64,000 bases of DNA from Lingula anatina (Eukaryota > Animalia > Brachiopoda): NCBI GenBank assembly GCA_051362555.1, contig CM120645.1:12834001-12898000 (forward strand), read 5' to 3'. Of the stretch, positions 25,261 to 39,100 are shown in pieces; the stretch's first letter is position 1, and every line of letters starts with the position of its first letter. The notes beneath the pieces were generated by a model that saw only the letters and a program-made list of their open reading frames with translations, was not told the origin of the DNA and searched no databases. The position numbers and the translations under genes are program-made.

Positions 25261-26986
25261 ACGTACAGGATTCTTTCAATGACAAAAATGTCTATGATAC
25301 ACGTTTAATCACTATTACTGTGGTCAAAATAATCACACCAGCGAGCCTAGGCCGTATTTTTCTCAAGTTTTAATTCAGTTAAATGGCCTACAGTGTATGC
25401 AATTTAAACCGTGAGAATACAGCATGATAACGATTTGTCACTTTCTTGCTTCACGCCACTAAGTTGTGGACTTCTTGACACCACAGTCAGTTGTGGCAGA
25501 AAGGCGACGCAACGATTTGATTGGTCTTCTCTGGTAAGAGACCTTATTTACAAGACTTAAAAGCATGGGAGTGGTGGAAAGATACAACCTGGGCTTATTA
25601 AGTAAAGCCTTTTTACGGTGAGCGTTATGTCTTAGGCCCCTTTTTTCACGTTGCGCAGTACGCAGTCCGGAGCGCGGTTATTTTCATAGGACCTAACGTG
25701 TAGGCTTCCTACGATACATTTTTTTACGCCCTTTCACGATTTGCTCCTTACATTTTAGCCGGAAGTAAATCAATGGGCTGTGTCGAGTGAGGAGGGAAGG
25801 AAGTTTAGGTGACTTACATATTGTACTTCATAGACAAGCTATCGAATTTTCAGTTGTTTAAAATATACCAGCACAGGTAAGTCACTCAATGTCTTTGATT
25901 TGGCAGTGGTTGGACTGGAAACAAGTGACCGTAGAGGGCGAACACTCCTTCGGAACGCCACATATAAGGAGGGTACATGTACTGTAGTAGCTAGATAAAA
26001 AGTAGATAACAAAAAAGGCGTGCTACCTTATCAGAACTTACTCAACGAGAAAAGTTAATAAGTTACACCACTCAGTTAGTAATACAGTAATGCTAATACA
26101 TGCTGTAGTGACTGGGATTATTTGCTTCCTTGTTGTTTCAATTAAAAAGTTGGAATTTTTTCATCGATCTAAGAGGAAATAACCGGTTAGTTTTTAAAAA
26201 TATCTAATTATTTATTCAATCTTTTTTTTAATTTGTTACGATTTCGACAGTATCTCTGTCAGTCTGTCTGTTCGTTTTTAAGTTTGTCTGTAAGCACTCT
26301 ACAGGTTGCAGTTGTGATCATATTACATCAATTTTCCCCTGAAGATCGAGGCACACTGTATCCAAACAAGTACGTGACCGAACTTTTGGGATCAGTCTGT
26401 GCATGTTCAAGAAAGAGGCAGCCGAATCTGAAAACTCATATTCTGGAATCGGAAAAGCTAGACTCGTTTTGTTTGCTGCATTTTGTAGAGCATGTCAAAC
26501 GCAACACTGAAAGTACTGCCCATTAAAATGGTTTAGGAGCTGCGTTATTTCAAAAAGGACATCGTCGCAATGCTCAATGTTGAGCAATGCTCAATGTTGG
26601 TGCCAATTTTACGACCCTTCTAACCCCAGAACTGTCACTGATATGCTTATAGTTACTATTGAACTGGGATAGGAAGTCACACATTGGCAATCTTACTGTA
26701 ACCTTGAATTTGGCATTTGGCCTTCTTTTCACCATGAACTGAATTTTGTAAATTTTCCGGCCCTGGCAGAGATACTTCCTCATCACATTTATGCATACAA
26801 TTACTATTGTCGACAGATAGGAAGTAACACATACGCTTTTATTTAAGTATCTTCAAGCCCACATCTGGATCCGCTTGTTTTTTTCAATCCTTTTTTTTCC
26901 TTGTATTGTCAGGGGTTGTTCTGAAAGTGTTATACATGTAAGTGTGATTTTTCATTTTGTTTAATATATACTATTTATCAATTTTT

Positions 26987-28903
26987 TATTTCAAAAACAA
27001 AAAATACAAAACACTCTCACACCCATATATACATACAAGCTCTATAACGGTACTTAACTGTTAAATTTCCTATCCACAAAATAACTCCCTAATGTTTTCC
27101 ATTTTTTAATAAAACCATCATTATCCATATTTTTGCTATAAGTAAAATAGTCACTTTCCATATATTGATTAATATAACGTTTTACTTTCAGGAAATCTGG
27201 GACACTTTTGGTCATTTTCTGGCAATATATACATTTTTTAACCAAACAAATAATTAAATTTACCAAACTTTGTTTTTTTCCAAATATAATGTCTATTAAG
27301 TTTAATATTTCTTTTATATTAAAATCATTTTCTAACCATTCTCTTACTTGTTCCCAGATTTCTGAAATTCTACCGCATTCCCAAAATAAATGAACAAAAG
27401 TATCCTCCTCTTTTATACAAAATACACATAAATTTGATTCTACTACATTTATCCGAAATAAAAAAGAATTTGTTACTAAGATTCTATGGACCAGTCGATA
27501 TTGAAATCATCAAAGGCTCATATCATCCAACTTCTTAATCGAGTTATTCTTTTCCATCCACCATTTTTCATCGTGGTATACTTTCCCATTTTATTTCACT
27601 TTTTGGTCTAAAATACAAGCTAGTAACAAAGGTATCGTATATAGGTCTTACTCCCTTTTGATTTCTCGTCAGAACTTCTAGAAATTTTGGTCTAAATGGA
27701 ATATCTACTGGTGGATTTCTTTTCAATGTGCTTTATATATTCCTGTCCAAAATTCACAAGATCCATAAAATTGTATGATAATGTATCTAACAACAATTGA
27801 TGCCATGATGTTATACTAATACAGCCCATCATTCTTCTCAACCACGAAATTTTCAAGCTATCAATAAACCATTTGACTGAAATCATACGTAACCCACCAT
27901 GCTGGTAATTTTGAATTAATGTATTTCTTGCTATTCTATCCTTCTTATTGTTCCATATGAATTTAAAAAATGCACTTTCTAAATCCTTTATATGTTCTTC
28001 ACTCAAATTAGGTAGGCTTTTAAACAGATGTGTTAATTTAGACAGCATTATTGATTTAACTACAGTAATTTTTCCTGTAACACTTAATAGTCGCCTTGAC
28101 CAGGACTTCATCAATTCTTTAATGTCCTTTACCTTGTTTTCAAAATTTAATTCAACCATGTTAACCAAGTCTACAGTAAAAATAATTCGAAGAAAAGTAA
28201 ACGGTTCTTGGGACCATTTGATTCCATAGTTCGCATTAAAATTTCTCAATGGTCCAATTTTAATACAGCATGTTTTTTGGTAATTTGGCTTTAAACCAGA
28301 AAACTTAGCAAATTGGTCAATTAGTGAAAGTGTGATTTTTAATAACTTTTCTGTTCCATCCAATAATATTGCAGTATCATCCGCATACTGCATTATCTTA
28401 TATTCTTTATTTTTAATTTTAATGCCCTTGACGGTTCTGCTTTTTCTAAACATAGCACTCATTATCTCTATACGCATAGCAAGAATAAGTATGGCGAGAT
28501 CGGATCCCCCTGTCTGCACCCACGATATATTTTAAAAAAAGATGAGGCATTGCCACCCTGAATCACACATACATGTAGCTTAAAATTAGTAAAAAATATA
28601 TCAATCCACTTCTTTATATTTTCCCCAAAGTTGAAATAACTTAAGACCTTTCTAATAAAATTCCAAGATATTGAATCATATGATTTCTCAAAATCGACCA
28701 TTAAAACTAGGCCTGGTACGCTATTTTCATTGCAAACATGTATGCTATCATATAAAAGTCTTGTGTTCTCACCCAAATATCTACCAGCCATAAAACCCTT
28801 TTGATTTTCGTGTATTAATGTAGGGAGAAACGGTTTGATTCTGTAAGCAATTATTCTAGATAAAATTTTGTAAGTGACGTTTAATAGACAAATCGGTCTC
28901 TCA
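26987..28903 (-). mobile_element. 5'-truncated L1/Tx1-type LINE (ORF2 RT and C-terminal Cys/His motif), frameshifted
   Basis: GRYLGENTRLLYD, VDFEKSYDSISW, RGCRQGDPISPYLF, QYADDT and HLFWEC motifs. 15-bp TSD TATTTATCAATTTTT at 26972-26986 and 28904-28918. Confidence 0.9.
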
Positions 28904-29161
28904 TATTTATCAATTTTTGTTATTTATTCTATTATTACATAAAGATGAACACAGAAATCATTTCTTATAAAGTGGTTCGGCTTTTTTTGTAACGTGCCTA
29001 AAATACGTGCCGCCTTGTTTATTACATTAACCTTCATTTTAGAAGACTGCTACTTGATAATGAGTCACCCTCAATGGTGAGGTTTTTCACGCACAGACCT
29101 TTGCTCAAAATATCAACATACTTTTTATTTACATTTATTTCAGAGCTAGGACAACAAGACA

Positions 29162-29549
29162 ATGAAAGGGCTGTTGAATATTTTAAAATCTTCTCTGATA
29201 TTTTGTTTAATTCGTGGATGGCAAGGAATCGACGCAGGTAAGCGGATCCAGTTTTTAGATACAGGAGGTCCCCCCCCCCCATGCACCCCCATCCCCCCGT
29301 AGCTTCGGAAGTACCCCTTCTATCCCTCCGCCCCCCCCCCATAAGAATAATAAATAAATGAAAGGAGGGACTTGAGTCAAGATCAAACACATTTTTGATC
29401 AAACAAATTCTACAATAAAACCATCCTTCTCTACTGATTTATGTATTTTAGCAAATGTAAGTGAAACATTTTTATTCATGCTCTGATTCTGTTCATTTTA
29501 CCCATGTAAAGTCTACTGAACATTTTATATATGGTAGACTATAAATAAA

Positions 29550-29585
<36 letters not shown>

Positions 29586-32500
29586 GCTCCGGCCCCCTTT
29601 TACATGTTTCCACAATCCTGGATCATTCAGCGCATGTGTTTTACTTATTTCAAAAGCTCAAAAGATTATTGTAAAGATGATTTCATTTCGCATAGTAATT
29701 GATGATGAATCAGACGAGAAACAGGTTTCACCTTGAATTTCTCCAAGGAAGTGGTCGGGACCCCCAAATTTACAAAAAAGTTTATCCCGTCAATAGCCAC
29801 TTCTAGTGTAGCTATTTCAGTACGTTATAAGACGAGTGACTGCTTATCTGCCGAGCACTGACAATTTTCTTGCAGTATTAGTTTGCAGAAGGCGTTGCAT
29901 GCGCGAACAAATATATCTAGCTTGCCCGTAGCTGGGAAGGGGGTTCGAACCAACCGCCCTTTTTGTCGCAAAAAAGTAACCCTTTGCTGAAAGTACACAA
30001 AGGTATCATGGGAAAAGGTCCATTTTCTTCAGGAAAGACCACCGTCTTTGAATTTGCTGGTTACGAAGCTAGTTAAAATTAGATAGTTAGTATATCTTGC
30101 CAATGATATTGTTAATGTGATATCTTTTCTTTTTTGTGCACTGACCAAAGTAAAGAATTAAATTAGCGTTGAAATATTAAAGGCATCTGGCTTTAAGAGA
30201 TATATTCATCTTTTGGCTTCGGGTCTTTTTTGAAAGATATGTCAAATTACATGCAGTCTACATTAAAATGTATCCGAAATCTTCAAAATTGAAAAAAAAA
30301 AATCAAAATGGAAAAGAAATTAACCGTTTTTTTAACATTATAGAATGTGATGTGCCAGAGGTTCCTCATTCAAGTCGAACTCCAACTGGTTCCCTGGTCA
30401 ACAGTCAAGAAACCGTTACCTACACGTGTGCATCCCCTTCATATTTTCATATATATGGTTCTCTTACAATCACGTGTACAGACAGGGAGGATGTGTATGA
30501 TCGGGAACCACCAATATGTGGACGTGAGTATTTCTGTCTTTGTGAATTACTTTCTTAGCAAATATTCTTGAATTTGATGCGCTATACTTTATCTTTGTTA
30601 TAAACGCGAGATATTACTTTTTTCAAATGAATTTATAGCTTTTTACACCACATTTTCGTGAATGTCCGCATAACATCATATTTAGGGTTTAACTTAACAA
30701 TATATTGGCGTGAGAGTGGCATGGGTTTAGAGGGAAATATAAATTAATATCGATCCAATTTTATTTGGCAAACATTTTATGGCTTAAATTAAGATTTGGA
30801 GTGCCCCCTTACAGATATCCATCAAGCAACCAATGTTTCGGGGGAGAAGGGGCATCACGAAGTCAAGAATGCGACTCGGTTGCATTAAAATTGAAATATA
30901 TGTTAATATATTTCTTTTCCAATAAAGATGTGTAACTCAAAGGGCGCATACAGTGCACCCATCATTATTGATGTAGTAAACGTGAGGGCATGTAACACTA
31001 ACAAATATATTGCTGAAAGTCTTCTATTTCTTTCAGTGCCAGAGTACGTGTTGTATGTATATGAGAACAGGGGCGTCAGTGGAGGATCATGGAAGCTTTA
31101 TAAACCATTATCCCGCTGTTTACAGGCCTGTAACGATGACCCAACATGTGACGCAGTGGACTGGGATGGGAGGTGGTGTTGGTTCCATTACAGTTCTACT
31201 TCGTGCGACGACCTTACCTTTGGCAATAATCTGAGTCACTATCAAATGAAACAGTGTCCTGGTAAGATGCAAATTGAAACGATTTATCTGTTATTTTTTT
31301 TTACTTTGTGCTTATAATCTTATTGGTGGAGATGAATAAGGGATTTAAGTAAAGCACGACATAATATTGGGAAAGTAAAAATAAAATACGTATACGAATA
31401 CCTAAAAGAGAGTAGAGTACGAATGCCTAAGAAATATACCCAACACCAGTCAGAAATTAGCTACTAACGTAATCACAAATAATATTTAGTTATCCAGCCG
31501 ATTATTGATACTAGCATATCAACAATTTGTAACATATATACGTTATAATTTTATTATTTTTAGGTCAACCCGACTACAGCTGCCCCTGCTCTACAGGAGG
31601 AACGTGTGTGAGAACATACACCTCACAGACACAGATATCTTCAGAGGAGTGTGTGTGTAACCTGGGACGTACCGGTGACCAGTGTCGTGATTGTAAGTGG
31701 GACTTTGGTTTTCATTGTTATTTGTTACCAATACATAATTGAGATTGTATCCAAGTATCGCCTTACAAAAGATGCGTCCATGTAGTTTGTTGTATGGGCT
31801 TCATAGATATGTGCCTTAATACTGTTAAGCTTTGGATAGAAAAATGTGATGCTAACTATTCCAATAAAAATCGTTTCAGACAATGAAACAGCATACACAT
31901 GGAACACAACACTCAAAGATATCGCTTTTGCACTTATCATTAACGTCTTCTAATACAAATATAATGAAATTAATAAATAACACATGTAAGTGCAACCAAG
32001 GGGTCATCTTTTCATTTTCATTGCGACTGATGGATTTCATTACAGACATGCACTTTGTTTTTAGATGTGGAATGCACTGCCCTGGTTATTCCTAACGCGG
32101 CTCCCTCTCCGGCAACTGGAGGTTACCGATTTGGAAGCTATGTTACCTATACCTGCAACAGTGGGTATCAACTCAGCGATGGTTCTGGTTCCAGTTTCAC
32201 ACTGACTTGCGGTCCTAGGGGAACGTTTGAAGGGGAGAGGAAAACATGCACCAGTAAGTCTAATATCAAAAAGACATCAAAGTAAAAAAAATGAGAATGA
32301 TATTTTAAATTGTCAGTCTGCTATAGGTCGACCCTTGATACGATTAATATGCTTCCGCTATTATTCAGAGCATAATTATTGTCGGTGTTATTGAGCTGTG
32401 AACTAACTTGAATAGACGAAGATATTGAAAAAAATTACTCCACTTCCAGGAACCTGTGTCATTCCTGTAAGTGATCACCTCAGACAAGTTACACAGCGTT

Positions 32501-34447
32501 CCTTTGCCTTTGAAGGACAAACTGTCACATATGCATGCGATACTGGCTTCCAATTCAACGACACGTCACTGGTAAAGAACCTTACTTGCCAATTCGACGG
32601 TACATTTGATCAGAGCTTACCTAGCTGTATTCCCATATCGTGTGGGTTTCCTACTGATAAATTCAACTTGAAGGCAGTAGAAGGACCATATATACACAAA
32701 CAGAATGTGACATTTTCCTGCATTCCTGGATATCATTTTGCTGGCTATGACGTCGACTCACTATTTACGTCACAATGTATTGCGACTAATACTCTGGAAC
32801 CGCCAATACCTGACTGCATAAAGAGAACATGTAGTTTACCTCATTTAAACAATACAATGACAACTTCTGATAGCACGTATTTATTCTTCATGGCTTCAGT
32901 TGAATTCAAATGCATTAAAGGATTTCGATTCCCGGATGGTAATACCAGTGTAACCTTGACGTGTGATGAAACCGGTGGATTTGGGGTGGATTCTCTTAGT
33001 TGTTCAGGTAAGGGTTTTAATGAATATTTATAACGTAATAAGCAGTAGTAACCTGAGAATCAGGTTTTCTGTGCAGAGACGGAAAGGTATTCTAAAACTG
33101 GTAGGTGATTTATAAATCCTTTTCAAAAGAAGTTTGTTAGTCGCGAATGCATATGAAATAGTATATGCCACTGTAGAGGAAATCATTGTAATATAGTTGA
33201 CCTAATTTCAGGCAAAACCAGAGCAAAATTTACTTATAGAGAAACTTCACTATCCAGAAGAAAATATTTAAAGCTGACCTATTTCCTTTTTACCATTCAG
33301 CGGTGTTGCCTGGTGCTGGTACCCAAGCAGCATCCACAGACCCTAACAATAGTAACATTGGTGTTAGTGTCGGTGTGGGCGTTACTGGAGTGATAGTGCT
33401 GATATTAATTGTTGTCATAGTTGTTGTATTCGTCAAACGAAGACGGTAAGTGGCAACAAACCATACTGAGTTGTTTTATTTTATTTCTGTTAAAGTTAGT
33501 GATAGGGACGCACAATACATGTACAGGGTATATGTAAGAATGAAAATAGCGTTTACACTGTATAATAAATGAATGAGAAACTGGAGAAGTTGTCAGCATT
33601 TTACCTGTCGTGCAACAACATTATAAAATATTACACGTCCCACGAACCATATAATTAACACATTCCCTTTAATATTTATCCTTTAATGCATTTGCACTGG
33701 TGCACGTTGATGGTATCATTAAAATGTTTATATATCCGCCATGATCTATAAATTCGTTGGTTTTTAGATTTGTCTTTACATAAATATTGATATTTCTACT
33801 CATCTTTTGTCTTTAACCTACTGGCTTATAATAGATAGGCCTACAGTTCTTACTTGAGGAGTTGCAAGTGTCTTTTTTTTGTTCGATTGATACATTTATT
33901 TATCTTTTTTGCGTTTAACGCATTGATTAGTAAATGGAACATTTTTCGTTTCAGGAAACAGATGTCAAACTCAAATGAAGATATCAATGTATCAAGAAAC
34001 GGAGACCTCAGCAACACAATGTACACAGCACCCAACACATATGTTGACACAAATCCATACGAACTCGAGGGAGAATGTCCAATGACAGACCGTTATGATC
34101 AGTCAAATAATATGAGACAGAATTCTAATAACGAAAACCAGGCCTCTGATTCCAAGATGAACGTACAGGACCTATATGCCGTGCCAGACAAATCCAAAAA
34201 GACCAAAAAAGACAAGAAGCAACAAAATACCCCTGCAAGCTATCCAGACGATGCGTATGAATATGTCAAGAAACCTTCTGCCCAAGCATCTTCCGTTTCA
34301 AGACAGGATTGCAGTAGCACCTATGAACTTGCAGGGCAGTTTCAAAACGGAGGCTATGCCCAGTCTATCGATGATGCTGATGACGTGGAGTTTGTTGAAA
34401 ACGATATTTATGAAACAGGAGGCGTTGACAACATGGGCTATGCGTAA
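29162..34447 (+). CDS. Gene D: sushi-PAN-EGF-4x sushi single-pass receptor with class I tail; about 664 aa
   Basis: Signal 29162-29237 (MKGLLNILKSSLIFCLIRGWQGIDA), sushi1 30344-30523, PAN 31037-31261, EGF 31564-31692, sushi2 32065-32253, triple-sushi 32450-33007, TM 33301-33445, tail 33955-34447. Sum 1995 nt, canonical splice sites, many N-x-T/S sequons. Confidence 0.88.
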
Positions 34448-35346
34448 GATGAGTCAGTTGAAAACGACATTTTTAATTCTTCGGTGTAATTTCATTTTAG
34501 ACCAGTTGCGGTCTTTTATGTTTCATATTTGGAAACCTGCTGATCTCAGTGCTTGCGCTACTGGTATGTTGGGACAAAAATGCCTATTATGGTGATTTGC
34601 TCCAACATACAAAATGTTCTTCATGATGTAAAGTTCAGCTGAGAAGCACTTTCTGGAAAACTTATGTAAGCCTATGTTCTGTATCCAAAGTTTGCTTACA
34701 GCGAAAATCCGTTTTTACCAACGATGATGTATGTGGAGACTAAAAATTCGAAATCACAAATGGACAATAACCTGAAAAACTCCTTGTTAAGATATAGTTA
34801 TGTACTTTTGTATAGAAATAAGCTCTACAATTTTGTGGTGTTCAACGTCAAAGGATTTAGACTAATAGATATCCATAAAAACTGAGCTGTGATGACTTTA
34901 TTGAAACTTTCTTCACCCATAAACATGTTGTATATGGTGATTGTACATGATCATGGATTTCCTTATTAGTCAAATATTTAAATTTTTCCTCATTTAGTGA
35001 TTGTTTCTAATAAAATCAAAGTATACTTGGTAGGTGACTTATAGGTGGAATAGACCGGGTATAAATGACAACATTAGTCTCTATGTTAAATTCATTACTA
35101 CCTTTACCTCAGATGAAAATGAGTATTGTGATATTTTTTACTGATGCACACTATTATACAACAAATCCGAGATATATATTATGCCAATGGAAGCTAAAAG
35201 CAAAACACGTATGTAAATAACATGAAACATTCCACAAATAAATTAAAAATTAGTGGCATGTTGTCTAACAAAAATTAATAAAAACACTTGAAACTTCTTT
35301 GTTGCACGAGTGCAATTCGACTGTTAGTGGAAAAAGACATGTCTAA

Positions 35347-35544
35347 GGCTCTATTCCCATAGATTTTAGATCGATCTATCCCCGCGGGGAGTCTCACTAG
35401 ATTACTTTCAGATAATCCGACTTAAATGTCCGTCCCGCCTACTACAAGCTGTAAATGGGTAATTAATTGACAGCTATTTAGCGTGAACCCCCAGGGAGTT
35501 AGGTCGATCTAAAGTAGGTCGATCTAATCTATGGAAATGGGGTG
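35347..35544. mobile_element. PIF/Harbinger-like MITE with TAA TSD
   Basis: TAA[GGCTCTATTCCCATAGATT...AATCTATGGAAATGGGGTG]TAA; empty paralogous site near 20298. Confidence 0.65.
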
Positions 35545-36149
35545 TAAGACTAATGAGATACAATTTGAAGTGTGACTCTGAAACAAATTTTTGTAACCTC
35601 CTTTACTCACTCAAACAGTTTAGGATTTTCATGCGTGTGCTTTTAAGGATTTGAAACATTTTAACGCACAGCTCGATTAAATCCAAAGAATTTGAATATG
35701 TTAAAAGTCCTCCAACGGTGAAAACATCAAATGAAAATGCCTTTGCAAATAGGTCGACTGTGAATCGTAAGTTTTAAGTACCTTTTACGCAAGACGGGGT
35801 TCGCATTTGCCAAAATATGTTAGTATAATATAATAATATTTTTAGCGGTTTGTTTTGTTCTTGTGATGAAATTAAACTGTCCGTGTAAGGGAGAATTTGC
35901 TCTACAGTAAGATTAGCGTGGCGTAAGTGGGTCAGAATCTAGGGTGGGGCTAACCTGTACAAGTGGGCTCATGATGAGGCCTATCTTCTCCGGGGTCGCC
36001 CTGGTACATGACACTTGTTCCTGCACCAGGGGGACCCTCTGGAAGCTCTGTGTTATGTCGTGCATTTTACAGTTAATTAAGTATGATGTGACGCAGTTTA
36101 GTCCCTTATCACTCCGCACAGGAGCTTGAATAAGTTCCATCTAGTCCTG

Positions 36150-39100
36150 CTATATTACAGCAACTGATGGTTGTCGTTGATTACTTTCGTTTGCTGGCAT
36201 GTCAAGAGCAGTATATGCGCTGTCATTGACGTTGGCATATTCAGCCACGTTGTTATCTGTTGCCATATTGTTGGCCTCCAGTGACATATACTCGTGATCC
36301 GTATCTGCACTGTCTGGAGGACTCAAACTGTTTTGTTTCAAACCAGAGGTGTCGCTGTGATCTGTATCAGCAAACGGCTGAGAAGTGGTATTCCGTCTTC
36401 TGAATTCAAACGAAATTCAACAAGAAAAATTCTTAATTATTACCCAAAAAGTTTAAGAGCTGTAAAACATAACATCATGTATATCTAAAATAAGATCATC
36501 TATGACTAAGAATAAATTTAAGATATTTTTTCATTTAACAGAATCTGGCTATAACAAAAATGCCTTGCACTCTGATCATAAGCTTTATATTTTGGAACTT
36601 TGGTTTTACACTGTTATTTGTCTAATACAATAGCAGCACACGAACAATATGTGGTGCCTCGAAATGAAACCAGACAACTTTTGTGTTTTTAATCTCCAAA
36701 TATTAAAAAAAAATCAATTAAGTTAATAAATAGGCCAGGAACAAGAAATTATTATATAGTATGTTTTATATTAACTATTGTTGAAGATCATAATAATAAA
36801 CGGGTTGCATTTCAATGTACTCCATGCTATGGTCTTTATTTAAAAATAGCAATTTTTTCGAGATTAGATATTGCATCGCATTGTTTGGTTCCATTGCCTC
36901 GCTTTCAAAAATTAGAACAGGCGCTCCAAAACCGGGAGACGAAGTAAAAAAAATATATTGGCCAAGTTCGCCCTTGCACAAGAATGTCCTCGCTGCATTA
37001 TCTGCAATTAACCTTCCTACGATTTTGAATGTATTTTGCTATATCATTTTCAATCTGGCCCATGAAGAATTTTATTAATCAAGAGTGGGGGAGGGGTGAA
37101 AAATCCCCATTGGGGCCACATATAACACTATAAATACAATGGGAATACCCTTAAAATTAAGGTAAAATAAATGTTATTCTAAGGAATTCCGACGGATTTA
37201 CTTCTTACAACATAAAATCAATAGGACATTCCTAATATGAATTTTCAAAAAGACACCAGAGAGCAAATGAAATAAAATCAACAGACGGTAAACATCGCAG
37301 GCTTTGTCAATTTCACCAACTTGTTTATTTCAAACAGCTCACTTTTAGCGCATGCGCAGTTGTTTGAAGCCTGTGTTTACAATATCCTGTTTTAATATTT
37401 CAAACAATATTTTCAAAAAAATTTTTTTTGCAACCCCGAAGCTGCTAGGTGTTAATAAATTATGATTTAGCAGCTTTAGTAGGCGTGTCAGACATCAAGT
37501 GTCACCCCTACTGAACCAATACTTTGGGGGAGATAAATGACTGTGGAATGATATGCTCCTTGTATCATTTTATTAACATCAAATTTCACAAAAAGACCAA
37601 CTATACAATTCCATGGTACAGCGGTTTTATACGCATAAGTCACATTATAAGTAGACCAGGCATTATAACTTTGATTACTCTGATTCAGGGGGTGACACTT
37701 CTATTGTCCAATGTGTGTAGGTATGGGATCCCAGTTCGACTGACCTTTTTATGACAACCACAACTACCCCCACTAAGATCAGTACCACTGTTGTAGATAT
37801 CCAGCCACTGATGGCAACAGCCACGGGTACTTGTCCTAAAAATATTACAGAGATTAAATTTACATTGCAGTTGGGTTTATAGACACTTCTATTTGATTTC
37901 AGTGCATATTATATGCCCAATAAAAGACTACAAGTTATATCTTATCTCAGTTCCTTATTTTGCGTTCCATTCTTTTAAATGCAGCTGGCTTTGCTCTTTT
38001 ACTGAACACATAATGTCCCAATAGCTTGTTTTTTAAGATTGTTTATCATCATTCTCATATTATTACCTGTCAATGCTTCTGGTGTCACTTCTTCTCTTTG
38101 AATGACTGAAAATAACTAAATAAATTATTCATTACGAAGGACATTTTATGGCTTTTGTTGTAATTATACAAACAGTTTTCTCTCATACAAAGTGTGTGAC
38201 CAACTCTTTTCGTTTATTTCGTTTATTTATTTGCTAAAATGCGTTTTATCTTATCATTCATACCAATTTCAAATTTCGCTTCATAATACTTTCAAAAATT
38301 ATTTTCTGACATTTTACGTCCAGTTTTTGCATTTCCCCAATTTTTTGTTTCAAACTGTTCAATTTTCCTAGACATTTTAGCTCTCCCCAATGACTTAGTA
38401 ATTCATATGAATTCATGTAAAATTATAATCCATTACCGAATTTGAGTCACTTTCTTGATGGAGATATAAACCGGTGGATTCCTATTGTGATATTAAAATT
38501 TTTTGAGTGAGTCTAGATATATCATGTCGATTAAAGAAAAATGCTGAAATTTTCCATTTTAAGATAAAGGTCTTAACTACATTGCAATTATTCAATGCAA
38601 CGTGAAAACAAACGAAGGGATGGAAAAAAACGTCACATTTTGTCGGCACACATTTGGACCTTCTACATGTACTACCAAAGTCAAATTGAACTTACCAGGA
38701 GAACCACACGATACGGGAACACAGCTAGGTAAACTCTGGTCAAATGTACCATCGGGTTGGCATGTTAGGTTCTTTACTGTTGAAGTGTCGTTGAATTGGA
38801 AGCCGGTGTAGCATGTATATGTGACAGTTTGTCCATCAAATGTAATGGAACGCTGTGTTATCTGTCTCTGATGATCACCTAGAGGAAGGACTTCACAGGT
38901 TCCTAGAAGTTGAGCAAAACTGTTCAACTTCTATTGCTATAATTTATTGCAGTTTAATAGCCAAATGGTGTTGAGAACAATTATACACCGAATTACCATG
39001 AAAAGCATAACTGCATTAAAGATCAAAGAAAACGTCGACTTCTTTCATAATTTATGTTGTCAATTTTCTATTTGATGTCTTCTTGATTTCAGGCTTACTC

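Noticed and set aside
29162-34447. Assigning a symbol such as SVEP1, CSMD, CR1, selectin or fester
   Set aside because: Only generic sushi/EGF similarity; the domain order and PAN domain match none of these, so no orthology is claimed.
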